63,261 nt of DNA, filler included, from Octopus bimaculoides (GCF_001194135.2; 5 parts of 4 records of this genome joined end to end with filler, not necessarily neighbours in it); one strand, 5' to 3'. Shown: positions 10,864-22,872, counted from the first letter of the whole stretch. The notes: generated by a model from the letters alone, not told the origin. Program-made: numbers and translations.

Positions 10864-10950
10864 TTTCCCTGATGAGAAAATTACATTGTTTTACACCATT
10901 TTATTCCTTTGGAATATTACCAATGTTGTCTTCGAAACATATGTTGGAAG
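10864..10950 (+). ncRNA. Type I hammerhead ribozyme motif with extended stem II, intact core
   Basis: TTTCC | CTGATGA (10869-75) | stem II GAAAATTACATTG...CAATGTTGTCTTC | GAAAC (10934-38) | ATAT | GTT | GGAAG; directly upstream of a GIY-YIG fragment. Confidence 0.8.
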
Positions 10951-10999
10951 TAAAAGAATTTGAATAACACCTGCATTTAACTACTGAACATACCCTTTC

Positions 11000-11239
11000 A
11001 GTAGAACCCCCTGCACTGATAGGAACTGTATCGTATGTAGATTTAGCCCACAAACGAACTGCAAAACCAGAAATGTGGTCTATAGTATAAGATGTACAGA
11101 GGGACGATGCAGAAATAAGACAATGACATATGTAGGCGAAACAGCAAGGAGCATAGGGGAGCGGGCAAACGAACATTGGAGGGAACTTAAGGAAGGGAAG
11201 AACTCATCAGTTCTGTACCAGCAAGCTGAGCAAGAACAT
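11000..11239 (+). mobile_element. PLE GIY-YIG endonuclease fragment
   Basis: NCKTRNVVYSIRCTEGRCRNKTMTYVGETARSIGERANEH. Confidence 0.85.
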
Positions 11240-11339
11240 NNNNNNNNNNNNNNNNNNNNNNNNNNNNNNNNNNNNNNNNNNNNTTAATTAATTAANNNNN
11301 NNNNNNNNNNNNNNNNNNNNNNNNNNNNNNNNNNNNNNN
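11240..11339. other. Artificial scaffold spacer
   Basis: 44N-TTAATTAATTAA-44N. Confidence 0.95.
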
Positions 11340-11391
<52 letters not shown>

Positions 11392-13130
11392 CTTTCAATT
11401 TTGTTTCCATTTCTTGCCGAGTGTCTTCCTGACTCCTAGGGCAGAGAAACGCACTGTATACATTGGTAGGTCCTTGAAATAAATACATCAGATTGTTCAT
11501 TTACAAAGTCATGTGCTAGAGAAAAAGGGCAAAAAGACAGAGAGAAAAAGGAAAAAAAAATAAAAAAGTAAACAAAGAAAATAAAGGGGGAAAAATGAAA
11601 GAAAATTCACAGCGACAATGACCTTCTCAGTACGTGTGACGTACCTGTTAAAACAATCTTTTGTATTTCCTGCATGGATGGTAAGCCAGGGATCATTCTT
11701 AAATAATTTCCAGTTCCTTTTTTGATCATTCCAAGAATTCCTACAATCACTGGTATTGTAACCATCTTGAAATGCCACATATTTCGATTTCGGTTATCAA
11801 ATCTTTATATTTTCTGAGCTTATCAAATTCTTTTGCCGAGACATTATGGTCACAAAGTATGTTCATATCTTTTGGTCTTTCATCACAACATCTAGTTTAT
11901 TTGCTTTGACGGTCCGGTCTGCACATACTGGAAAGTCCCAAAGAATCGTTATATTTTCGCCTTCATTTACAGCCTCAGGGTGGTGCTTGTATAATTTTTC
12001 AGCAGTTTTGATTTTATAATTCCGACACATTATCCAATGTAGATATTAGCCAACTCTCTCATTCTTGATCTGTACTCTACAAGTGCTAAAACCTTACACC
12101 TAGAGATTAGGTGGTCCACTGTTTCAGTCCCATCGTTGTAGTATCGGCACTTTAGGTCTACACTATTTTTCATCACATTGGCTTGATAGTTCCAAGTCAA
12201 TAGGCTCTGATCTTGAGCAGCCAAGATAAATCCTTCACCCTCTGCCTTTAGCCCCGAGCTCCGTAGCCACTGATGAGTGTGCTTCTGGATTACATCAGCT
12301 TGTTTGTTACGCGCCACATATCTGCCATACAGAGATTTTGTTCCCACCTATCAGCCAATTGTTCAAACGTATTTTACTTTGCTATTGATTTCACCTTCTT
12401 TGCAACTACAATTACTGCACTTCCATCATACTGTTCAGCCTGGATATTATGTATAAATTCACTTAAAAATTTTTTGTTCTCCTTCATAACAGAATGAAGC
12501 TTCTTACGTCTTTCATGGTTTTCAACGAGCTTTAGCACCCAGTCATTAGATGTTTCAAGATATTTTGCCGGTCCAATTGTGCTGGTTTTGTAAAAGATTT
12601 CAAATTGGACCGAGTCTCGACTTCCTTGAGCTCTGGGTAGGTAAAGACGATCTGCATCTGCCTTTGGGTGGTGTATCTTATTGCAAGCCAGCAGCTTACG
12701 GATTCTCCTGTCAAACTTTCCTTATTTCGCTCATATTCCAGTTCAACACATTGAAACTGTAAGTAACAACCGCAACTGCTAAAGAATTTATAGCTAACAC
12801 CTTGTTACGTGCATTTAACTCGAGTTTAAGACTGTTTGAACTCACCTGTTACATACCTTCCTGATCTTCTCTTTCATGCTTGCATGCAAAATGCCAGAGC
12901 CCTCATTATTCCGAGGTATTTGTAAGTTTGTTCCTGTTCGAGTTCTTTTATGACTGTGTCAACATCCAACACCACTGAATGTCTCTGCTACTATTGTCAA
13001 CTCCGCCATTAATAGCGTTACAGTTACTTTAACCTTGCTATTACAGCATTGTTCATACCATGACATATATCGTTGTGGCTAGCCTTTGTGACCATGGCGA
13101 CAGTATAGCCGTTATTTAGTTAAGCCCGTC
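11340..13130 (-). mobile_element. R4/Dong-clade non-LTR retrotransposon, 5' truncated, with (TAA)n tail
   Basis: YKYLGI; HHPKADADRLYLPR; WLRSSGLKAEGEGFILAAQDQSL; CCHC-type ETVDHLISRC; RLE region ILWDFPV...VTIPVIVGILG; 3' UTR ending in (TAA)n. Confidence 0.88.
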
Positions 13131-13939
13131 ATCTTTGTTCCTGCTACTGTGTGGTGTTATCAAATGTTGTTTAGTTTCGACTTTTGTCTTGTACTTGAGA
13201 TAATCATGAATATGTGAGGGTTGGAGGAGATAGCAGGACAAAGAGAAGCAGCTTGGTGAATGGACCAAATTTCACAGGTTTGTAAATAGATTCGGCGGAT
13301 GGTGAGAAGGAGATTAACAATGGGGCATCGCATTCCTGTCCGATCCGGAGACAAAAGAAGTGCCACACTTGCGGTCAACAGAGGTCAAATATGTTTACTA
13401 TTACTAGCAATTAATGACAGCGCTGACCATGGCCTTTGAAAGAACCAATTCACCTTGTTCTGTTTTTAATAATTTATATATATTGATGTTTACACCGTTG
13501 AATTTTTGAATTTTTGTAATTTTACTTTTCTTTTTATAGGTTTTTCTGCAGTTTACAGTTTTCGAAATTCTGCAATTTGTATATATTGGCAGGTGCTTAT
13601 CTCCTTAATTTTTATCGTACGTTTGTGTTGTTGCAATAAAAGGTGGGTTTACACACTCAAGTAGTCATGGAGAAAAGAAGGATAAAATTTTCACAGAAAA
13701 TTCTATATATAAGATGATCGTTTGTATATCCGAACAGAGAAAGCTGTAGTGTTCTTGCAATAAAAAAAGATGTTTACATTTTCGGATACTTAGGGAGAAA
13801 GGAAAGGAAAGAAAGGAAGGGTAAAATTTTCACAGAAAATTGTAGATATGAAAGTTTTAAAATTTTCTAAAGATGATCGTTTGTATATCCGAACAGAGAA
13901 AACTGTCGTGTCATTGCAATGGAAACTGTGCGAAAAGTA

Positions 13940-14378
13940 GGGGCTAGAGAGAGGCAAGATGTGGTATGAGCACAAACCACAGAGAGTGGTAGAGTCGGAG
14001 ACTAGCAAAGTCCTATGGGATTTACCAATCCAAATAGATTAGGTGCTTGAGCATAACAGACCGGACCTAGTGGTGGTGGGCAAGATGCAACACACATGCT
14101 ATATAGTTGATGTTGCATGCTCCTTTGACCCACGAATAGTCAAGAAGGGAGGCGAAAAGATAGATAGATGCAACCCTCTTAAGTACGAAATAGCCTGGCT
14201 ATGGAAAAAAAAGAAGGTGAAGATAGTGCCAATTACTGTTGGGTCCTTGGGAACAGTATCAGAAGGCATCAAGAGGAATATAAGGGAAATCGGAATAGAT
14301 TGCCCAGCAGAACTGTTACAAAAGGTTTACCTCCTTGGCAGAGCCAGAATAATCAGTAAAGGTTTTGAATTTTGAAAC
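13940..14378 (+). mobile_element. R4-like restriction-like endonuclease (RLE) C-terminal fragment
   Basis: HNRPDLVVV...YIVDVAC...KIDRCNPLKYEI...KVKIVPITVGSLG...LLQKVYLLGRARII. Confidence 0.85.
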
Positions 14379-15689
14379 TATAAGATACCCTTGAACGCTT
14401 TGGCTTCAGTTATCAACATCATGTATCGAACCATGAAAGATTTCCACAAAAACTTGACGATTAGGTACGAAACTGATTCATTAAATCAATTATAAGAACG
14501 ATAGCTATATTCTTGTTATAGTGTCTACGTATCACCTTTATCAAAGAATTAATCAACGATCATCACTTTGAACAGCAGGGGTTCATACAGAAAGTTGGGT
14601 ACTTAGAAAGTTGGCTTACATAGATTCGACACTGGCAAATAGAAGATCATGTATAATTTCTTCACAAAAAAGGAAAAAAATGTTTGCTAAGAGATGTCTT
14701 TGAATATAAGGATATTAGATTGTTTGAACTCAGCAGTTTATATTAGTTTATTATATAATATACAATAGAACTGATTTAAATAATGACCAGCAATCAAAAG
14801 AAAGTGACAGTAATGAATGTTGGCTGATATTCTTTATCAAGTAAATTCGTTGTTAAGAAGGAAAAGAATAATTTTGCAACACATAAAGAGATCCAACATG
14901 ATATCAGACGAATTCATGAAGTCAACAGATAAATTTGATAGGAGCACTTGAAAGTATACTCAAGCAATTCCAAATGTCGTTTGAATAGCGTTTAGATGGA
15001 AACAATACTCTAGCTGGTAAATGTTCTCCGTTAAATATAATGCATCATATTTATAAAGAGGAATTGAAGTTCAAACGAAAAATAAAAACAACAGAAAATC
15101 AAATTATCGTTAAAGAGGATAAGATATTGCGACATACATGATTAATTTTCTAGGGGAAACGTTATAGCTAATTGGTTCTTTATGTATTAGATTATTACTG
15201 ATATGAAAGCACATCACATTTAAAATATTTTTGATTTGTGACACAATCAACAGCAATGAGGTTGTAGTGTGGCTTCTGTCTAGTTTCGAATCATCCCGCT
15301 CAAATTTCCAGTTTAGGGCCATGGCCCAACTACATTGCCATAAAAGCAAACACTATTTACGAGAAATTAACTATGTCGATATAAAAGACATTAATGCCTA
15401 CATGAATATGCTTCAACCAATCATATAAGCTGGTGTGTAACCAAATAAGCGGTAGATTTCAAAGTAAGTTTTGTGAATTTTTCTGCCAAATAGTTCTGCC
15501 GAAAGTTTTAGAAGTTTCATTGACTGTTATAAAAAAAAAACTGGGATAGAGAACTCTTAAACAGAACAACCTCAGGTGCTACACAGAACTCTGTCGATCA
15601 GTTTTGTGATAAGTGGTTCTCTTTCTACTTATTCCGTCATTAATAACCATAAACGATTTTCATATAAATATTATATTCTTTTATTCTTT

Positions 15690-15895
15690 CACTTGTTGCA
15701 GTCATTTGACTGCGGCCATGCTGGAGCACCGCCTTTAGTCGAGCAAATCGACCCCAGGATTTATTCTTTGTAAGCCTAGCACTTATTCTATCAGTCTCTT
15801 TTGCTGAACCGCTAAGTTTCGGGTAAACATACCAGCATCGGTTGTCAATCGACGTTGGGGGTGTCAAACACAGACACACAAACATAGACATATTT
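15690..15895 (-). mobile_element. SINE family A 3' half
   Basis: cagtcatttgactgcggccatgctggagcaccgcctttagtcgagcaaatcgaccccagg...gaaccgctaag. Confidence 0.85.
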
Positions 15896-16577
15896 GAAAA
15901 CTTTTTAACTATCACACTCACTATCTCATGTAAGTTGTTTTATTTAGATAAGTGTTGTACATATATAACTGCAACTGTTCCGAGTAATAAAATATATGGT
16001 AATGGCTGAAAACAACTAGGCGAGAGAAAAGGAATTCATGGAAGATTTATTGCTCAGAAGGAGCATCAAAATGCCATGAGATTTTTAAATTGTTTCAATG
16101 AAATAGTATATGTCCCAAATCATGCCCCTCATTGAATACTTCCCTGTAAATTTATTGCATAAACAGACACTGTCATATAACTTTTATCCGTTATTGAGCG
16201 CGCCTCTATTTTCATTTATATGAATTTCGCAAAATCATATCCTCTGATTAGCCGTATCTTCCAAATGATCGTAAGCATTAGAAAGTCAATATCAAATCTG
16301 GTTTTGATTAATCAAAGCAAATCACGTAGAGGAGCATGTGAATTTCTGACCAAATATCTTTAATTCCCTAAGCTCCTGACTTTCTTACTAATTCTGGCAT
16401 AGTATCTTCACAGTCGCCATCGATTTTCTCATAAATACCCAGACTACGAAAGATTGCATTTACTTGATATTTATCATCTCACTGATTCTCTTTTATCTCT
16501 TTATCAATAACACTATCTCAGGTACTGCTAATCCTGTTCTTTCATATATTGCTCTCAAATTTTTGCACAAGGCTAGC

Positions 16578-16752
16578 AATTTTGGGGAGGGGGTGAGTCG
16601 ATTACATCGAACCTTGTGTTCATCTGATACTTATTATATCGATCCAGGAAAGATGAAAGGCAACTTCTTCGGAATTTGAACTCAGAACGTAGAACCGGAC
16701 GAAGTACTGCTAAGCATTTTATCCGGCGTGGTAACGATTCTGCCAGCTCGCC
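16578..16752 (-). mobile_element. SINE family B
   Basis: gtcgattacatcga...atttgaactcagaacgta...ctaagcatttt...aacgattctgccagctcgcc. Confidence 0.8.
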
Positions 16753-16867
16753 AGCAATACAACTTACTGTTCATACACTGACAATACAATTTATTATGTA
16801 TAATTTGTTTTATATGTACATACATACACAAACATACTTAAACATACACAAAAATATTTAAACATTT

Positions 16868-16918
<51 letters not shown>

Positions 16919-17969
16919 ACGGAAGGAAGATGCCTTATAAATGTTGGGTTCTTTTAATGAAATACAAGGGTAACACGCCCAAATCTGTGTAGTGTACCTA
17001 TGTAGTTTAATCAACAAAGAGATGGTAATGGGAAGTTAGTAAGGGTTGTGGTTTTCATAAGTACTTTAGTAACTGCGGTTCACGTAAGAAGACTTCGACC
17101 GAAGTTTAAACCGCATTGTGAGTTCAGTTTAGCGAAGTTAGCTCTTGTTTTGCAGCGTTCGCTGTAATTTTTGAAACATTGATATTTATAATGACAAAGA
17201 GTCTAAATTATGTGGGAAGCCTTAGAGGAAAGTTGCGACGTTCATGTATTTCTAAGAATATCAATAGTGCATGTAGAGGAAAATGTCGTCAACTGAGAAC
17301 CGAAACTATGTCATGAGTTCTCATCAAAGGAAACTTTCTCTTGTTCATTAGGTGAATAGTCTACTCTAACGAGATCTAAGTCACTGGAGCTACTTAACAG
17401 AAGCAGACAAATCGTCTACTTCCAACCACATTGTACATACCATAAATCTTGTGAATAGTATACTATATCGAAATCTATTCGTCAGAGCAGACAAATCGTC
17501 TGTTTGTGAACAAGCAATAAGAATTCTTTTTTTTTTTCCATCAGCGAAAAGCTGCTGACAGTAGCATTCTTTTACTATTATCTAAGTGAACACATTAAAG
17601 CTTTCTGAATTTCTTTTTTATTTTATGTCAACCCAATAGTTTCATTATTCGCTTGGTTTTAGAACTTAGTAGTGATTTGTCATGTTTAAATCAAGAAATT
17701 GTGTTTAATTTTTTTTTCCAAGGTCTTACTAAATAAAGACTCGGCTTTGTATTACATTTAAAATTATGCTTTTCTTAGCGTTCTGTTGCTGGTGATTAAC
17801 TTATGAAGGAAGAAATCCTTAATATCTCTTAAATGTATGTTTTCTGGGGGGTTTTTTTTCTTTGTCTAAGTAGCAATCCTCATGCAATAAAATAAAATTC
17901 TAGTTAACGTTTTTTCCTGGACCATTAAGAGAGTAGAATGTCTCAACCATGCACTACCCTAAATATGTG

Positions 17970-17978
17970 TGTGTATCA

Positions 17979-18037
<59 letters not shown>
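17970..18037. repeat. (ATCT)n microsatellite
   Basis: Direct observation. Confidence 0.9.
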
Positions 18038-18045
18038 ACTGTATA

Positions 18046-18815
18046 TCTACTACATATATGGAAATCTGTGGGTGTGTTTGTTTGTAGTGTTGTTATCCAA
18101 CTCCTCCTACATTGTTTTATCGATTTTGATGAAACTTGACACGTGAGTAGAACTCAGGTCTGAGAAACTAGTGACATACTTAGATTGTTGAAAAAATAAG
18201 GCTCCTAGAAGGGTTTCTGATATCTATTACATATAACTAATATATTATTTTTATGTAACCAAGGGAAATAACCCATTTTCTCCTGAAAGGGATACTTATA
18301 TATATATATAGCCAAGGGAAATAACCCATTCATGTTCGTAAATTATTTCGTATAAATCAAATTGAGTATGCTTATTTCTTAGTTTTTGAAATATTTGAGT
18401 TATTTTCGCAATTTATCCCATACAACGCTTAAACAAGTAAATAGTATTTTCCTAAACAATAGATCCACTTATTCGGTTAGTGACTTATTCACAAACACTA
18501 GCGCCGCTGAGGATAATATTCTCTGCGAATGCACAAAAGCTTTTTCAGAATTATTTACTTTAAATTGTTATTATTTCATATCTGATTAGCCTGTTATTAC
18601 ATAACTGACTTCACAATTTGGGTATTCATAAATTATTGGGAATTACTAATAACATAATCCTGTGTAAGACAGTTCGGTATTCTCCATAAATTCACAAAAA
18701 CCGTTTTAAGGGCTACATACCTTGTATTGTTGTTACTGGATTAGCAAAACAATTATGAGAACGGAACCAAGATATAAGCCCCGCTTTCCCGGGAATTACC
18801 GGGTATGTCAGCTAG
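18046..18815 (+). mobile_element. Non-autonomous Helitron, apparently complete
   Basis: 5' A|TC start followed by ...atcgattttgatgaaacttg; 3' hairpin CCCGG-gaatta-CCGGG (18788-18803), then CTAG (18812-15) followed by T. Confidence 0.75.
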
Positions 18816-19017
18816 TATATATATATATATATATATCAGTGTAATCGCCACTAAAGTGCCTGAGGATGTTGAGGATGCATCAGCATTGCTAGAAATAAGA
18901 GTCAAAACAACTCTTAGCCACGTGAGAGCACTTTTCTAACGACTAACAAGCACCCTCAGTCACTTAAGTGACGACAATACTTGTCTTTCAGTTGTAAATT
19001 GCAAATAACCACCTTAA

Positions 19018-19022
19018 TAATA

Positions 19023-19070
<48 letters not shown>

Positions 19071-19087
19071 GTAATAATAATAACAAC

Positions 19088-19152
<65 letters not shown>

Positions 19153-19185
19153 CAACAAAAACAAAAATAATAATAATAATAATAT
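19018..19185. repeat. (TAA/CAA)n microsatellite
   Basis: Direct observation; source of the poly-I/poly-L/poly-Y ORFs. Confidence 0.95.
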
Positions 19186-19277
19186 ATATATATATATATA
19201 TTGCACCAGCATGACCGCAGCCACTTGGCTGAAACACATAAATAAATAAATAAATAAAAATATATACAAACACACAA

Positions 19278-19846
19278 AAGACGAAGACGTGTGTAGGAAC
19301 AACAAGCAAGTGTATTAATTTGATGCTCAGGAAAAATGGAAAAAGTATTTTACGTTTCGAGCCTACGCTCTTCAACAGAAAGGAATAAAAGGAAATAAAT
19401 AGAGAGAGAATGAAAAGGAAGGATTTATAATTAGGCATGCTGGGAAAAGGAGAAAAATGGGGGGAAGAGAAAAAAAGGAGAAAAAATGGGGGAAAGAGAA
19501 AAAAGAAGAAAGCAAGTTAAAAGGAGAGAGAACGGCAATGGAGTTTAAAAGTTTAGAAAGTTCAGCAAGTTCAAAAGTCGTAGTAGATGAGAACAATTTA
19601 CATCAACGAAAATAACCAGTGAGATCCATGAACGTAGAATCCAAAAGAGTACGAAGATCCAGTGGAGTGCTGGTATGAGGATGAGGAGAAGTACTGAAAG
19701 TTCGAGAAGTGGTTAAGATATGCAAGTCCAAGAGAGTAGAAAGTTCAGTCAGGATTTAACTTGGGTAACCACGTGAGCGTATGATTTATAATTCAAATTT
19801 ATAGAAAAATAAAAGACGGAAACAGGTGAAGGAACAACAAGCAAGT
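19278..19846 (-). mobile_element. Compact PLE-derived element with GIY-YIG tail remnant, pLTR-like direct repeats and hammerhead motif
   Basis: Direct repeat ggaacaacaagcaagt at 19296 and 19831; decayed endonuclease tail at about 19580-19760; hammerhead-like motif at 19345-19385. Confidence 0.65.
19345..19385 (-). ncRNA. Minimal hammerhead-like motif, A6-to-U core variant
   Basis: Minus strand CCTTT | CTGTTGA-A | GAGC-gtag-GCTC | GAAAC-GTA | AAA; palindromic ACGT stem III. Confidence 0.6.
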
Positions 19847-20681
19847 CTATCTATCTATCTANNNNNNNNNNATATATATATATTTGGCAGGAGTGACAAC
19901 AAAAGAAAGAAAGAGACCTCGATATTATGCAAATAGAGAAATGTATTTTTACAGACATATTTTTACAGATATATATATATATATATATATATGAGGAACT
20001 CACCAATCTTTCTTTTTCTTCTTTTCTTCACAGCTCTTATCCAGAATTCGAACCGGCTGAATCGGTGGTTGTCAATTCTACTTCCGCTCCTTTTTGATAC
20101 GCGACTCCTTTCAGTTGAACGAGACATTGATTTGTCGTATCTCGATTTCGCCTGATAGCCTCACTTCATATGTTAATTTCGTTTCTTTTTCACACTAGCA
20201 TTTTCCATTCATCTCACTCGTGATTTTAAAAGAATTTTATTTCAATAAGCGTAGCACTACTTCTGTAACATGTTTAATTCAACGCTTGTTTTTTATGAAT
20301 GCCGTAAGTCAAAATTGTTATTTTTTTTCTGTATGAATTACAATCTCATTCAAACCTTAACTTTTACCAACTTTCCTAAGTAAACACGCGCTGTTTAACC
20401 ACATTGAATCAGGCCAGTATAAGCATTAGTTATTGTGGTTTGTAGAAAATAAAAAGGACTTATATAATATAATTTATTGTTGTCTGCTGTATACATATTT
20501 TCTAGACATACATAGAAGCAAAGCAATGCATTTTTGGCGGATGATAATAAGTGTATATGACGTTCATTCTTTCTTCGAGAGAGTATAAACAGTATAAATC
20601 AGATGAATTGGCCACAAACGGAAACTGAAAACGTGTCTTGCATATTCGATTCATTCCAAATAAAACAATTTTAAAGAAGGG

Positions 20682-20684
<3 letters not shown>

Positions 20685-20719
<35 letters not shown>
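20685..20719. repeat. (TAC)n microsatellite
   Basis: Direct observation. Confidence 0.9.
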
Positions 20720-20720
<1 letters not shown>

Positions 20721-21091
20721 GGAAATGGGGAGAGTACATTAACATGAAAAATAAGTTATTGCTTGTAACCACACAGACCCATTACAAGAAAACCTTCGAT
20801 TCCTTTTTCTGTTGCTAAGAAATTTTATCGTTGTAACTGGTCGAATCGATAAAGTAACTGCCCAAGACAGCAATTTATATCTTGTCACTGATGCTTCGCT
20901 ATGTTAATAGCCAAAATATTTAGTTTTCGATTAATTGCCTAAGGGAGTGTGTAGTTGTCAATTAGTTTGGTTGCCATGAAGAATGAAACGGGCTGACGTT
21001 TCAACACAGGCCGTTCGAGACAGAGGTCAAGTAATAGCCAACTGAAATTTAAAAGGAGTGAATAGGCTGAAATAATCTCAAGTGGAGACGA

Positions 21092-21145
<54 letters not shown>

Positions 21146-21169
21146 GTATACATATACATACATATATAC

Positions 21170-21215
<46 letters not shown>

Positions 21216-21543
21216 TACATACACTTTATTTCTTTATTTGTGAGTTAACACGGCTACCACTGGTTTCATGCTGAGAGAAGATTTCTTAGCAATTATCAAG
21301 CCTGCCGTGTGGAATGTTGGTACCCGTGCCCATCTTAGACGAGAACACACGAAGCTAGACAAGACTGTACGGGATTTGGAGATAAACAAATAAATATACT
21401 AATCATGGGAGACAACTCCTAATTGTTATCCCCCTTGTATTAACCCTGGCCACTTCCTTGTACGTATGTATGTATGTATGCATGCATAAGTATGTATGTT
21501 TGTATATGTGCATGCGTGTATGTGTGTATATGTATATATATAT

Positions 21544-21756
21544 AAAATATTAGTTATAGAATAAAAACGCTGGGTTAACGACTCAACATATCACATCCCC
21601 TCAATGGACATACGTTATTTACGTTATTTTTCTTGCGTTATATCTTCTTATTCCTTATGTTTGACGGATTATGTTGTATATCTTATATATGTTCATTGAG
21701 AGGGTGTGATATGTTGAGTCGTTAACCCAGCGTTTTTATTCTATAACTAATATTTT
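21544..21756. mobile_element. Foldback element / MITE with ~69-bp inverted arms
   Basis: aaaatattagttatagaataaaaacgctgggttaacgactcaacatatcac... and its near-perfect reverse complement at 21688-21756. Confidence 0.8.
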
Positions 21757-21845
21757 TACTCTTGTCTCAATTACTCTGAGCACTTCTCCTTACAGTCCTG
21801 TATAAAATCTATTGGTTTCCTAATAAGAAACCATTAATATTATAT

Positions 21846-21945
21846 NNNNNNNNNNNNNNNNNNNNNNNNNNNNNNNNNNNNNNNNNNNNTTAATTAATTA
21901 ANNNNNNNNNNNNNNNNNNNNNNNNNNNNNNNNNNNNNNNNNNNN
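21846..21945. other. Artificial scaffold spacer
   Basis: 44N-TTAATTAATTAA-44N. Confidence 0.95.
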
Positions 21946-22862
21946 CAACCTGCAGACCCAAGCCCTCGTTATTTTTTGTCCACAATATGTGGGCAAAAAC
22001 AATATTTCTTGGCCCTCAATGGGCCTGCTCACAAATTTGCGAGCTTCACTCAGGGAGTCAACAAGCAACCACATGGTTGCATATTTGACTGTTTCCTCGA
22101 CGACCTCAGATCACACGATATGCATGTGATGGTTGCTACAGAGACCAAGCTGGACAGTCTACAAGCCTTCTCACCCCTTCTGAATGACTATGAGAAAATC
22201 ATGTCTCCTAGCCAGACCGGAGGGCGAGGGGGTGTAGGAGTGCTGGTCCAAAAAGGCTTGGCTCTGCAGACACGTACAGTCTATGTAGACCCAGAAGGTG
22301 GGTTGGTCGTCCTTGATGTGACACACAGCAGTAAGGCCTTCAGGTTGATCGGGATCTATGCACCTTGTGCTAGAGGATTGCAAACTGCTTTTTATCGGTG
22401 CCTAGAGAACTTTCTCGTGACGTCAAAGACATTAGTAGTGTTAGGAGACTATAACGCTATAGTTGATGCACGCATCAATAGTGTTGGCTCGACCGTTAGG
22501 AAAACGAACTCACGCCTCGTAGATCTGCTAAAGCGTTTTCAGCTGCCAGATCGTTACAGACTTGACCATTTGAACGTCCCAGAGTGGACCTGGATGAGTG
22601 ACAATGGAAGGTTCAAGTCTTATCTAGATAGGATAGTGATAAGAACTGCAGATAAGTCTAGTTTTAGCTGTCCACAGCTTGTCCAAGTAGCGTACACTGA
22701 CCATAGAATGGTCAAGTGCGGACTGGACATAGACAGTACAGTTAAAAGAGGACCCGGCTACTGGAAGCTGAACAAGTCTATTTTGACTAGCGAGGCATAC
22801 CGTAGCCGGATAAAGGAATTAGTACAGAGGGCGTTAACCGGCGCTGTCATATTTCACCAGGA
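21946..22862 (+). mobile_element. L1/Tx1-type ORF2 apurinic-like endonuclease domain
   Basis: VATETKL; GGVGVLV; RLIGIYAP; VVLGDYNA; WTW...SYLDRI; YTDHRMV; GPGYWKLNKSIL. Confidence 0.9.
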
Positions 22863-22872
22863 NNNNNNNNNN

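Noticed and set aside
17294-17312. ctgagaaccgaaactatgtc and other partial hammerhead look-alikes (about 14445-14475, 51372-51392, 61255 and 61500-61535)
   Set aside because: Core incomplete and stem I or stem II cannot pair.
18956-19438. Poly-Ile, poly-Leu and poly-Tyr ORFs
   Set aside because: Translations of the (TAA)n microsatellite.
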